A DNA stretch of 63,394 nucleotides, counting the filler, from Rhabdomonas costata (lineage: Eukaryota): NCBI GenBank assembly GCA_019059605.1. It is 25 parts of 25 records of this genome, joined end to end, with 100 filler letters (N's around TTAATTAATTAA, not from the genome) between each part and the next. Parts side by side here need not be neighbours in the genome. Positions count along the whole stretch, not along the records: positions 50,841 to 53,274 come from JAHMHO010003430.1; positions 53,375 to 55,791 come from JAHMHO010003431.1; positions 55,892 to 58,325 come from JAHMHO010003432.1; positions 58,426 to 60,859 come from JAHMHO010003433.1; positions 60,960 to 63,394 come from JAHMHO010003434.1; 20 more parts are not named here. One strand, given 5' to 3'. The position numbers and the translations under genes are program-made. Shown here one piece after another: positions 53,145 through 63,394 of the stretch (position 1 is its first letter; every line of letters starts with the position of its first letter). Under the pieces are notes generated by a model. The model did not search any database. It was not told the origin of the DNA and saw only the letters and a program-made list of their open reading frames with translations.

Positions 53145-55896
53145 CTGTGACCAAAAGATGGTTCCAACGAGCAAACGAAAATGTAGCAAACGATGAGAAG
53201 GTGAACAATTCTGAACTACACACAAGCTGCACGTTCTGCAACTTGGGGAGTTGCGCGAATTTTTCCCAAAAACCNNNNNNNNNNNNNNNNNNNNNNNNNN
53301 NNNNNNNNNNNNNNNNNNTTAATTAATTAANNNNNNNNNNNNNNNNNNNNNNNNNNNNNNNNNNNNNNNNNNNNATCTCGTCTTGCATAACCAGTTCATG
53401 GTGGGGCCATGACGTCGTCAAGAATTTCCGAGTTTACATTTCTTGTGGATACAGATTCCAATGTAGACCGCTCAATCAGCTTTTCGAATCCATTTTTTTT
53501 GGATTTTATAATTACATATTTTCAACACAGTATTATTGTTTCTAGAGAATTTGAGGTTCAAATGAGACGTCGGGAAATTCAAAAATGGAAATAATAAGAA
53601 CCTGTTTGTACTTTATTCAATTAATTTATATTGATAAGTTAAATTGCATCTTCATATTTTCATGTCGGCCTTTTCCGATCGTGGTTTTCCGATCGGGGTG
53701 TAGGAGGAAGTTCACAGCATCGCAGCATGTCATTGCGATTTACCAGCCAGTGTAGGAAGGTGTGGCTCTTCATATTGAAGAATTCCGGCCCCTTCTTAGA
53801 GGAAGAGCATAGTGCGTGCAGGAGGAAGTATGCAGTGGTCGGGAAAGATCGTTTGAAGCACTGTTAGTAAGAGGGCAGCAAGAGATGAAGTGGTTAGAGT
53901 CTGGACCGCACAAAAATGTGAGTTGGGAGAGGGCTCCAGCCGGAAGGATGGTAGAAAGCAAATATGTCTCCACAGACACATTCTTCTCAAAGTGAACAAA
54001 GTTTTGACCAACTAACCCTAACTAAACCTGTGCGTAGTGGGATGGGTCGTGGCCAAACACAGATGACATGCACTTGACCATGGTGAATAGAATACTTTGA
54101 CAATCACCGGGCACTTTCCCTTCCCTCCGCACATGCAGAGACAGAGGCTATCAGAGAGCAGGAATGGAATTCGGACCTAGGCCAACCAATTTACGGAGAG
54201 TTAGGCTTGAGAAGAGGGTGTGAAGGGGAGATTATACAGGGTTTACCAGGAATCCTGGGCACACCCTCAACAAACCCAGATTTCTAAAAGTGACCAAGGT
54301 CCATCTTTTGCCTGTCTTCTCTCAACTCCTCTTTCTCAAAACTCCAAAATCTATCTTCTCTCCTTAACAGCCCTGTATCATTCATTCCGTTTTGTACTTT
54401 GGCGCTTTTGCACTTTCCGGGTGAATGGAGCTACGAGCTCGAGGGACACCACCAGTTTCGTCCTCACCCTCTTCAGCTCCACTGGTGGCTATTTTTTTTT
54501 TCAAATTCAGTTGTCAAACACTGAACAAATCATCATTTGGGTGTTTTGATCAATTTTGGTTTCAAAGCGGACGGCCGTAACGGGGGAATTGTTCCCTGTT
54601 TCACACTCGGTATATAAGTTTCATCTGACAACGTCTCGAAAAAAATCGGGATCGTCTTGCACCTATTTTTTGGTGCAAGTGTTGTTGTCGCCATTCTAGT
54701 GTTGCTGTCAGTTGTCCATGTGACAGCACAGAACCAGATGACGGCGTTTTTTTAATTGAGCAATAGTTCCTTATTTTTCAGGTCTCGTCCTACATGGGAT
54801 GGTTGGTGCCCTTTCCCGCTGTTGGCGCTGTTCGAAGCAAACGAGCAAGCCCTGTCCAGCGGATGCTTCCTCCTGTTCATCGTAATGCGGCTTTTCAGCG
54901 AAGACTTCACCAAAGTCGGAAAGGTTTGTTCACTCTTTTCCTCCTCCTCCCCTTTCCACTTCCCAGAAGGTGCTGGTTGCCCTGTACAACATTGAAATTG
55001 TTCGGCACCCTCTTTCACGCTGAACCTTCCTGTTTTCAAGTGCCAAGGAAGCGAAAGAGGAACAGTTACCACCGATGCCAACAGATGCCACAGCACTCCT
55101 GTTTCTGTATTTGTGTGGTGTCTGCAAAGTCTCGACAATGTGGAGCGCTCTTTTTTGCCAGTCAGCAGGAGGACTGAAATCGACCAAAAATGGATATTCC
55201 ACAGGCGAAGCAATACAAGGGGGTAAGGAGCTTCCGTGGTTGACGTGAGCCGAGTGCACGAGCGATTGGTTTTCACCCATCGTTTTACAGCGGTTTCCTT
55301 ACGATCGTCTGGCGTGATGGGGTGCCCCCCTGAGCCTTCGTGTTCCAGAGGATCCAGCAATATCCTCGAACTTGTTTCAAAGGTTTCTGCAACTGCTTCT
55401 CCCGTCCGTATGTTCAGGAAAAGCGGAAACTTTAAGATTACAAAAAAGAATGGTCACAGTTCGGGTGGAAGGATAGAACCGAGTCAACAAGGTGTTGCAA
55501 GGGCAAAGGTGGGTTGCAAAGCAAAGGCAAGGCACGAAGGTGCGCATTTGGGCAACCTTCGCAGTTGGTCATTGGCGGTATCAAGGGAAAAATCACAAAG
55601 CTGAAGCCGGACTTCGTTCGCATGTATGCCTTTTGTGAAATCTTGGGGCTGGAGAAGGTCTGTGTGCTCTAAGAAAGCACAAGGCAGAAAAGGAAAAAGA
55701 CAGAAAAGTACGGAAGAATCAAAGGCTCTTGCTTCTAAGTCGCTGAAAAAAGTATAGTACAGTGCCAACACACAACCACACACACCCCACANNNNNNNNN
55801 NNNNNNNNNNNNNNNNNNNNNNNNNNNNNNNNNNNTTAATTAATTAANNNNNNNNNNNNNNNNNNNNNNNNNNNNNNNNNNNNNNNNNNNNGGGTT

Positions 55897-56047
55897 GGTG
55901 GGAAAGTCTTTTCCTTGTTAAGTACACAGTGTGCGCAGGCAATCACAAATCGCTGAGCGGTCCCTAGGAAGCGGTCCCTCGCCCCGCTCAGCGATTTGTG
56001 ATTGCCTGCGCACACTGTGTGCTTAACAAGGAAAAGACTTTCCCACC
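55897..56047. repeat. Long inverted repeat: 64-bp arms (55897-55960 / 55984-56047), 23-nt loop
   Basis: The arms are reverse complements except for one T/G position. Confidence 0.95.
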
Positions 56048-56956
56048 GAGAACTCACTTCTCCCCGTCACAACCAGCAAAGGGACAGGAGCCCATCGAGC
56101 CTCAGCCCCGTGCCTCACTGCTGAGACACAAAATCGAACTGCGGAGAAACACACCGGTTGGGCATAGGCCTGAGCTCTTCCACCAGCCATCGCTGCCTGG
56201 GGGGGCATCCATCGCTGGCCAGCGGAATAGCCCTGCGCCGCCGCCGCGGGATCCCCAGGACCTCCCGCCGGGGGACTACCTCCTCCCTGCTGTCCTACTC
56301 GTCCGCCCATATCCCAGCCATGGGCTAGTCCTTAGCCAGCAGTAGTTTTCAGCTGCTAAGCAAAACAATCATCCAGGGGGCGCTGGCAAAGCTTACCTAA
56401 CCCCCTCACACAAAAATACAATCACTTCGAGAGTGCGGCATACTTCACCCTCACTACTTTTAGTTAATCCGTTACCTCTGTAACCGTTACCACTCCCACC
56501 CCCAACTTCCATTGGGTCCTCAAAACCATTGACATTCCAACTTGATGGTTGGTTCATAAATGCCGCTGACAATGTGCCTGTCGTCCCATTGGGTGGTGGT
56601 TAGCAGATGCCAGCGAGTGTGGGTGCATCGCACGCAAAGAAGAGCTGGTCCCTATCGAGGCGTATACCACACAGAAAAAGATCACGGACCTTTTTCTAAC
56701 ACGGGATACCAACCAGCCTCACTGTTCTTTGCGCTTCCAGAAGCAAGCATTGCAGTGCAACCTACGCAACACAGAGGAAGCAGAAGCTTCACCTTAGCGC
56801 ACGGAAAGTTCATCGCATCCCATTAATGGAGCAGCCTACTAACATATCAGAGAGAAAGAAAGAGAGAGCCTGCAGGCAGTCGTACCCGTCTAAATTCAAC
56901 AGCAACAAACCAGAATATCTGCCGAACTGCTCGGAAGAGTCCTGTTCACGACATGT

Positions 56957-57856
56957 TTAGGGCGGTGGCCGGGGAGCTTGATCCCTATTCCTCAGCAAAG
57001 CCTCCTTCACCGTCTTATGGCCTTGGCGGCGAGCCCACTCCAACGCTGTGACACCATCTCCGTCCTTCGCCTCCGCACACGCACTGAACCGAAGCAGCAC
57101 CTTCACCACCTGTGCATGGCCGAAGTACGATGCCACAATAAGAGGGGTATCGCCGTTTTCCTTGGCACGGTTGACGTCCGCCCGACTGTCCAGCAGGAGT
57201 TCCACGAGCTTGCGGTGGCCGTCCATGGACGCGAAGAAAAGAGCAGAGGCGCCAATCTTCGTCGCTCGATTGACGTCCGCGCGATGGCGCAGCAGTAATT
57301 CCGCAAGCTTGCAGTGACCCATGTGGGAAGCAATCACAAGAGGAGAGGACCCCGTCTTCGTGACGTGATTGACGTCCTCCTGGTAGCGCAGCAGTAGCTT
57401 TGCAACCTTGTGATGTCCATTTTGGCTGGCAATGTAAAGTGGAGAGGTGCTGTCCTTCTCGGCCTGGTTGACGTCCGCCTGTCCACGTAGCAGAAGCTCC
57501 ACGAGCTCCACATGCCCCTCTTCCGACGCCACATAGAGAGGAGAGGCACCATCCAAAGTGAAAGCAAGGCTAACCCGCACCGTCAGGGCCTTTGCCAACA
57601 TCTCACGCAGCATCTCCCGCGAAGCAAGCGCCCCGCACGAATCAAGGAAGACGTGGCGAAGGTGAGTAAGGGCGTACCACTGCCGGCACACCCCACACAC
57701 AGAGCGGTGGCTGAGAGCAAAGCTGAAAATCATCTGCAGGCAGTCCATGGGAAATCCTGAGGCGATCCGGCAGCCGCCTTGTCGGTAAACTGCCCGATAA
57801 GAGAACAATTCCGACGATGTGTCAGGCCCCCGGACACACCTCATACATTGCATCAT
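56957..57856 (-). CDS. Intronless F-box-like + ankyrin-repeat protein
   Basis: FPMDCLQMIFSF..SVCGVCRQWYAL is F-box-like. It is followed by ~6 ankyrin repeats (DGASPLYVASEEGHVELVELLL, SPLYIASQNGH, NGDTPLIVASYFGH, DGVTALEWARRQGH). Confidence 0.85.
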   Translation of the reverse strand: MMQCMRCVRGPDTSSELFSYRAVYRQGGCRIASGFPMDCLQMIFSFALSHRSVCGVCRQWYALTHLRHVFLDSCGALASREMLREMLAKALTVRVSLAFTLDGASPLYVASEEGHVELVELLLRGQADVNQAEKDSTSPLYIASQNGHHKVAKLLLRYQEDVNHVTKTGSSPLVIASHMGHCKLAELLLRHRADVNRATKIGASALFFASMDGHRKLVELLLDSRADVNRAKENGDTPLIVASYFGHAQVVKVLLRFSACAEAKDGDGVTALEWARRQGHKTVKEALLRNRDQAPRPPP

Positions 57857-58923
57857 TGGCAGTGTAGTTAGAGAAAAACTAAAAGAGAACCGGCAAGCAA
57901 CCAATCAAGAACGTAGAAATAAAACAAAGCGCAAGGACGTTCAACTGTGAAGACCCCAAAAAGGCAAGAAAGACTTGGCTCACTGTGCGGGGTACCATGC
58001 TGCAAAAAGGAGAAAGGAAAAATGGGGGCCTCTTCTCGAAGCTCGAAGTCCATAAAATTGGTCATCCGGACACTAAACATTTTTTTCAACCAGAAATAGG
58101 CCCGAAACTAAACTCTCGGACTACTGAGATCAACGGCAATGTGCAGCGGCGCCCACATTGCCAAGGTGCACAACTGGAATGCAGTCATGTAACAAAAGAC
58201 TGGGTGACAACAATTTTTTTCCTGAGGCTGACAAGAAAGAGTAGCAAGTGGATCTGAACACAAGACCGCCAGCCTTTGCGGAAAATCGATTCGATAAGAA
58301 TTCCAGAGTTTTGGCAAACGCAACANNNNNNNNNNNNNNNNNNNNNNNNNNNNNNNNNNNNNNNNNNNNTTAATTAATTAANNNNNNNNNNNNNNNNNNN
58401 NNNNNNNNNNNNNNNNNNNNNNNNNGGGGGGGGTGTGGAGCAAAGTCGCACAATCGACGCGGATGCACGCTGAGGCAGATGGGCGTTTATCTCACCATGA
58501 GATCGGCAGGTGGTTTTATTCGCATGCTCGTTTCGCCTTTGAATGTAAATTACTTTTCCAACCATTTGTTGGGCATGCGTCCTCAATCGCCTGCCCTGTT
58601 GTGCAGTCCTGTCTCAAGCATCTGCCAACGCTGAACGCTTGGTGTCAATAATGCAGCTTTTGACGTGCTTCACAAAATCTGGGCTGGCTTTGGTGCATGG
58701 CATGTGAAACTGCAGTTGAGCTGCTCAGGTTTTAATCTGTAGCCTTTGGTAGGTCAGACTGCAGCTGTCTTCTATCTCTTCTCTCCTGTGCACGCGCAGT
58801 TCTGTTCAAAAGCTCGTTCGTTCTCTTTGTCTGTGTGGGTGTTGTTGTCGAAGAAAGAAAGAAAACACCGACTATCTGCCCGTTTTCATTACCGAACTCA
58901 CCTCCTTTCTGCGTGAGTGAGAG

Positions 58924-60760
58924 ATGTCGGTAACCAAGTTGGCCCAAGGGGGTACCGCCCTGTCTGGGGGAGCTTTCGACAAGAAGGGTGTCTTCCACCT
59001 GTGCGACAGCCAGACTGGCGCCGTCTACCGCGTGGACAATGAGGAGCTCGTAGAGATGTTCAACACCCATGGTGAACACGCGTCGCTGCTTTTGTCTCCC
59101 CTCTTTCTTCATCACCACTGTGGCGTTTTTTCCACCACACCTCGTGCATAAGCGCTGATCCCTGTCCCACTGGTGCCGCCCCTGTAAAGTTGGAAAATTA
59201 CAAAGGGGATCCTGCAGTTGTATATCACATGGCAAACTGGCTAGGTGCCGATAGATCCCTCATCTTGTTTAGCTTGCACCCATCACGGTTTGCGGTAGGG
59301 TTTCATCTCTTGGGTACCCCTTTCTTTGGGGGTGATTGGAGCTGTTCTGCGGACTTTCAGGTCAGCCCACCGCCGTGGACTTTGACCCCGTGAGCGGCGC
59401 GATGCACATCTGCGACCTTTTTCACCAGTCCATTCTCCGAGTGGAAGGCGAGAGATCACGCTTCCCCCGCCCCCTTCTGCACACACTTTCCCATGCTGTC
59501 GCTTAGTGTGTTGTAGATTGTGCAAAGTAACGCTGTGGTTCTTTACTCCCCCGTTATTCAGTAAACCCCGTATTTGCAACTCCTGCACAAATTTCCTTCC
59601 AATTCTTGACCGTTCTTTTTCTTCGCCCTCCCTCCGTAATTTTTCCGAATGCTTTGTCTTGCTCGCTTGCTCCCTCGCTCGCTCATTTCTTCTGTTTCCT
59701 GTTTTCGTTCCCCTCCTTCCCCCGTCAAAACCCCTTCCCTTCACACGCCCTCTTGGTATGTCTTATTCCTGAAATTTTTTTGTTGGAAAGTGGTTTGTCG
59801 TGCCTCAAGCGAACGATCCTGTGCAGCAAATGAGCGTGGGTTGACATTTAGTGAGGAAAACTTTTCTGTATCCGCAGTTAACTCCTTTCTAATGAAATAG
59901 CAAAAAAATTGTTTACATATGGCTTAACTTCGGTGTTGGACCCACCTTGGGGTCCCGGGGGGGGGGTGGCTCTGCCCACCCGGCAACATTTCGGGGGTTA
60001 GGGAGCTTGGCCTTCTCACAGAATATGTTATTCTTTGTTTGACCTTGAGAGGCAATAAGGGCCAGTATGTTAAGGATGCAGTTTTTGGAGGTGTCACCCT
60101 GAAGGTTCGCACCAACACCATCGACGGTTGTGGGATGGCTGAAGACCTGGATGAATGCTCGTGGGGGCGTCAAAGATCATTTTTGTGGGAGAATCTAAAG
60201 GAGTTTCAGTGGAGATACAACCTTTCTGACACTTTTTTTGACACTACGGGACCATGTTCGCTGTGGACACTTTCCTTCCTGGTGGCCTTCTCCAGGTGGG
60301 TCCGATACCGACGTTTACTCCTTTTTGATGAAATAGCAACATTGTTTATATTTTTATATACGTATATGTTAAGTTCATCCTTTTTTGTCGACCTCAAGCC
60401 TTCGTGGGGGCATCGGTGCATGAGCTGCTACGCCGATGGCTTTTCTTGCTCTTGCATTAGTTTTGTCCTTTTTTTGTTTCTTACTCAGTTTTGCTTGCCG
60501 TCTGGGGCTTTGCTGGACTCAGGGTTTAGCGAGGACGGCGGCGGGCCCGTGCTGTCTGAGGTGGTGAAGGAATTCAACCGGATCCCTCTGCAGGGCCCCC
60601 ACAGCCTGGCCTTCGACCGCGAGGGCTCGCTGTACTTCACCGATGGGGGGGCGCTGGGGCAGTCCACCCTGGCCGCGCCCTCGGGCTCCGTCTTCGCGGT
60701 CTCCTGCGAGCACTCCGTAATGCAGCCCATGGCCTTGAGCTCCCTCGCTCAGCCCTCAGG
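58924..60760 (+). CDS. SMP-30/gluconolactonase-like beta-propeller protein, partial; exons 58924-59071, 59361-~59447, ~60523-60760
   Basis: AFDKKGVFHLCDSQTGAVYRV..G|QPTAVDFDPVSGAMHICDLFHQSILRV..LQGPHSLAFDREGSLYFTD..PSGSVFAV..LAQPSG are blade motifs of the SGL family. Confidence 0.75.
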
Positions 60761-61845
60761 GTGGGCATCCACCGCTCTCTCTCTCTCTATCTTCGTTCTT
60801 ACCCATCAGCTTTCTCCGAGCCTCTTTCCCACATCCCTATATCAAGAGACAACAAAAAANNNNNNNNNNNNNNNNNNNNNNNNNNNNNNNNNNNNNNNNN
60901 NNNTTAATTAATTAANNNNNNNNNNNNNNNNNNNNNNNNNNNNNNNNNNNNNNNNNNNNGGTGTCCCTTCCACAGTTTCCAGAGGTATGGTTAACGTAAG
61001 TGCGGTGCAGAGAAGTGCAAATTTGTTCGAAATGGCTACGCTGCCAACGTTAACAGCCACAGTTACGGGGGTTTTTGTAATGTTTTCCGCCACTCCACAA
61101 CCACAATGTAATGCTACTCGTACGCATTCTCCAGAGCGAAGGGTGACTCCATCCAGAGGAATGTTGGCGTTCAGAGGTCTATGATACACGGGAAGATGAG
61201 GCCGAGGTTACAGATCACTTTCACTGTCTAGAAGAGGTAGACCCAGAATTACCTCGTTTCCCAGGAGGGCAGATGTCTCCCCGCCTCGACCCCCAAGCCC
61301 GACTTCCACAGGGAGCAGACAGCAGTCGCATTTTCCGAGTTCAAGTTTGGTGATTGCGAAGCCGCATGTCCCTTCCAGAGTGTGTATGTTATGTGGAAGG
61401 ACGAGCCACTTTTATAGGGATTGTGAATTGGCTGAGAAGGAGTTGGTTCAGAGAAGTGTGCCGAATGGGTCAGTTGGAGAATTTCGGAAGAGTGTAGATC
61501 CCTCAAACTAGCGGTGGCAGGAGACAGGCCACTACCGCCAAACAAAAGAGGCCCACTTTGTCCTCAGTCAGGACGCCAGTGCGCAAGTGTTGTGCAGAGA
61601 GCTCCAGGCACATTCCAGCTTAGAATTTTGCAGAGACCACCAGATCATGTGCTCAGATCAATCAGGTTGAGCAGCCCAGAAGCCACAGCTCAGGCAGAGT
61701 GACACAGGAGGCAGCCACAGAGTAGATTCAAAGTTCCTTTTTCCTGTTCCTTTTTTTATGGGGTAATAGGCGCAAGCAGACGGGTAGAGGCAAGACCTCC
61801 GGTACCACACCTCCCAACGGAATTCTCGAAAGCAAAGGCCTTTGA

Positions 61846-62458
61846 AACTAGCCAGTGGATTCGAGCACAAGAAGGTGAGAGGTATTATTAAATGAAGCTT
61901 GTAAAAAGGCGTGAACGGGATGTTTTCCATGAGTTAAAGTAGAGGTACTTACACCGCTTCGCGGTGTGAACGCTGATATGTTTAATGTTTTGATTTTACA
62001 TGTTTTTATTTCTATAACTCTTGCCTGTTATTTGCTGTGCATCCTGTCAGACAAAAGCTCAAGCAACGCGATACATCACATGTACACGAACATGAGATAT
62101 TATAGCTTGAATGAATCAAACTGAAGGCAAAATTTCTTAAAGTGTTTACTGTTTAGAATTCAACTTTCATCCGGTCAATACTGAATAAATCTACCATCAC
62201 AAGAACTTTCCCAAAAAAACAAAACGTGCTTTTAGGCTGAAAAAATCGCGGCCTAATTGAGAGTTTGTTTTTCGCAACGCGTAATGTACTGCATTTTTAA
62301 CTGAAAGTTTATATTTCCATTTCGTAGTTACCTCCATGCGCCAACTATCCAATGGATCCTGGCACAAGAAGATGAGAGGTATTATTAAATGAAACTTGTG
62401 AAAAGGCGTAAACGGGATGTTTTCCTTGAGTTAAAGTAGAGGTACTTACACCGTGAAC
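61846..62458. repeat. Dispersed ~110-bp imperfect direct repeat (61846-61956 and 62343-62453)
   Basis: Shared core: gcacaagaagRtgagaggtattattaaatgaaRcttgtRaaaaggcgtRaacgggatgttttccWtgagttaaagtagaggtacttacaccg. Confidence 0.9.
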
Positions 62459-63394
62459 ATTCTGAATTCTGAATTCCAGTGCAATTTGCCGATTTTTGGA
62501 AATATTTTCCGGTTAAATAACACAAACGAACAGCGCAAACTGTTGGACAAACTGCATCCATTTTGACTACCATTGATACGTAAACGCACCATTCTGCAAA
62601 AGCCCTTAATGCCAGAACATCACACTGGAAAGAGTTGAGTCAAGTTCATATCAAACGTCATTCTACGTAAAGTCAAGTTGAGAAACTATTAATACACTCA
62701 CTGCTATATGAATTATCCACAAACAATCGCATGACACTTCCCCTTATCCTATGGGGTAGTTGAATCAAATTCAGCAAACCAAAATGTCGTGGGACTTGGT
62801 TTTTCCGCTCTTCTTTTCCTTTTTAAAATAAAAGGAAAAGAAGAGCGAATGGCGTTTTTGAGGAGCGTTTTGTTGTTTTGTTGAAATATGCGCAGCGCTG
62901 CGGCTGAAAACCTTACCGTAACGCAAAAGTGAAATTTTTGGCACTAAGACCAGTACCCTCACAGTGGCAACTCAAAGCTGTCATTTGCAGAGCAAGGACC
63001 TGGAGGGATGGTACTGAACCTTACCATGGATGGTGATGTTCACTTTTTAACACAATTTCTAAATTCAAAACAAATAAACACATTTTGAGAATCATTTGCT
63101 ACGTGACACACGCATAATCGGTAGTCTATTTGCACTTTACAGCAAACAATTGGTAGCTGCGCATTGCACAATTGCATATACAGACAATCTTAAACTAAGC
63201 GGTTCAAAAAATCAATCTTAATGTATTTAGAACTAACACATTAACACGTTCAACGGAGGAACTTAGAGTGAACTAGTTAGAGTATATTCGACTAAATACA
63301 AACTCAACGTGACACTCATCAACTTCAAAATAATATGAGCACACACCATATCGATGTTACATGTTCCATTATGTTTCACTCGCATGCAAAGCAA

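Noticed and set aside
54010-54030. Telomere-like ctaaccctaa
   Set aside because: Fewer than two full units, not an array.
54550-54650. Possible spliced-leader RNA gene (CG|GTATAT and an AATTTTGG Sm-like word)
   Set aside because: The Sm-like word lies upstream of the putative donor (wrong order), and no recognisable SL exon is present.
53375-55791. ORFs of 100-200 aa in this contig
   Set aside because: No recognisable motifs, codon bias or exon structure, so they are left unannotated.
59448-60522. GC-AG intron in the SMP-30-like gene as a firm call
   Set aside because: An alternative in-frame GT-AG pair exists (CGA|GTGGAA with the acceptor at 60488), so it is kept only as a candidate.

Overview
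This is not one locus. It is 25 unrelated ~2.43-kb contigs joined by 24 artificial 100-nt linkers (N44-TTAATTAATTAA-N44, which gives stops in all six frames). Most contigs start with G/T-rich and end with A/C-rich runs, as expected from whole-genome amplification with G/T-only primers. The DNA is from an intron-rich eukaryote; a euglenozoan-like protist is an inference, not proven. Recognisable spliced gene fragments are RCL1, an AFG3/FtsH m-AAA protease, SENP8/NEDP1, a pectin-acetylesterase/Notum-family hydrolase, a VWA5A-like protein, dCMP deaminase, an MFS transporter, proteasome RPT6, an SMP-30/gluconolactonase-like protein and an ARMET/SAP-like secreted protein. Three ankyrin genes are also present (one with an F-box, two disrupted). 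Mobile DNA includes CRE-like non-LTR retrotransposon fragments and probable decayed Ty3/Gypsy and piggyBac relics. The most notable observations are: (i) several homology-supported GC-AG introns, (ii) a ~0.9-kb array of GNA mini-hairpin motifs resembling organellar/ssDNA-replicon DNA, followed by an ORF that is open only if TGA=Trp, (iii) an unnamed ~100-aa extracellular module encoded by duplicated phase-1/phase-1 exons, and (iv) a 64-bp-arm hairpin. Adjacency across linkers has no biological meaning. All identifications come from reading motifs by eye; no searches were run.
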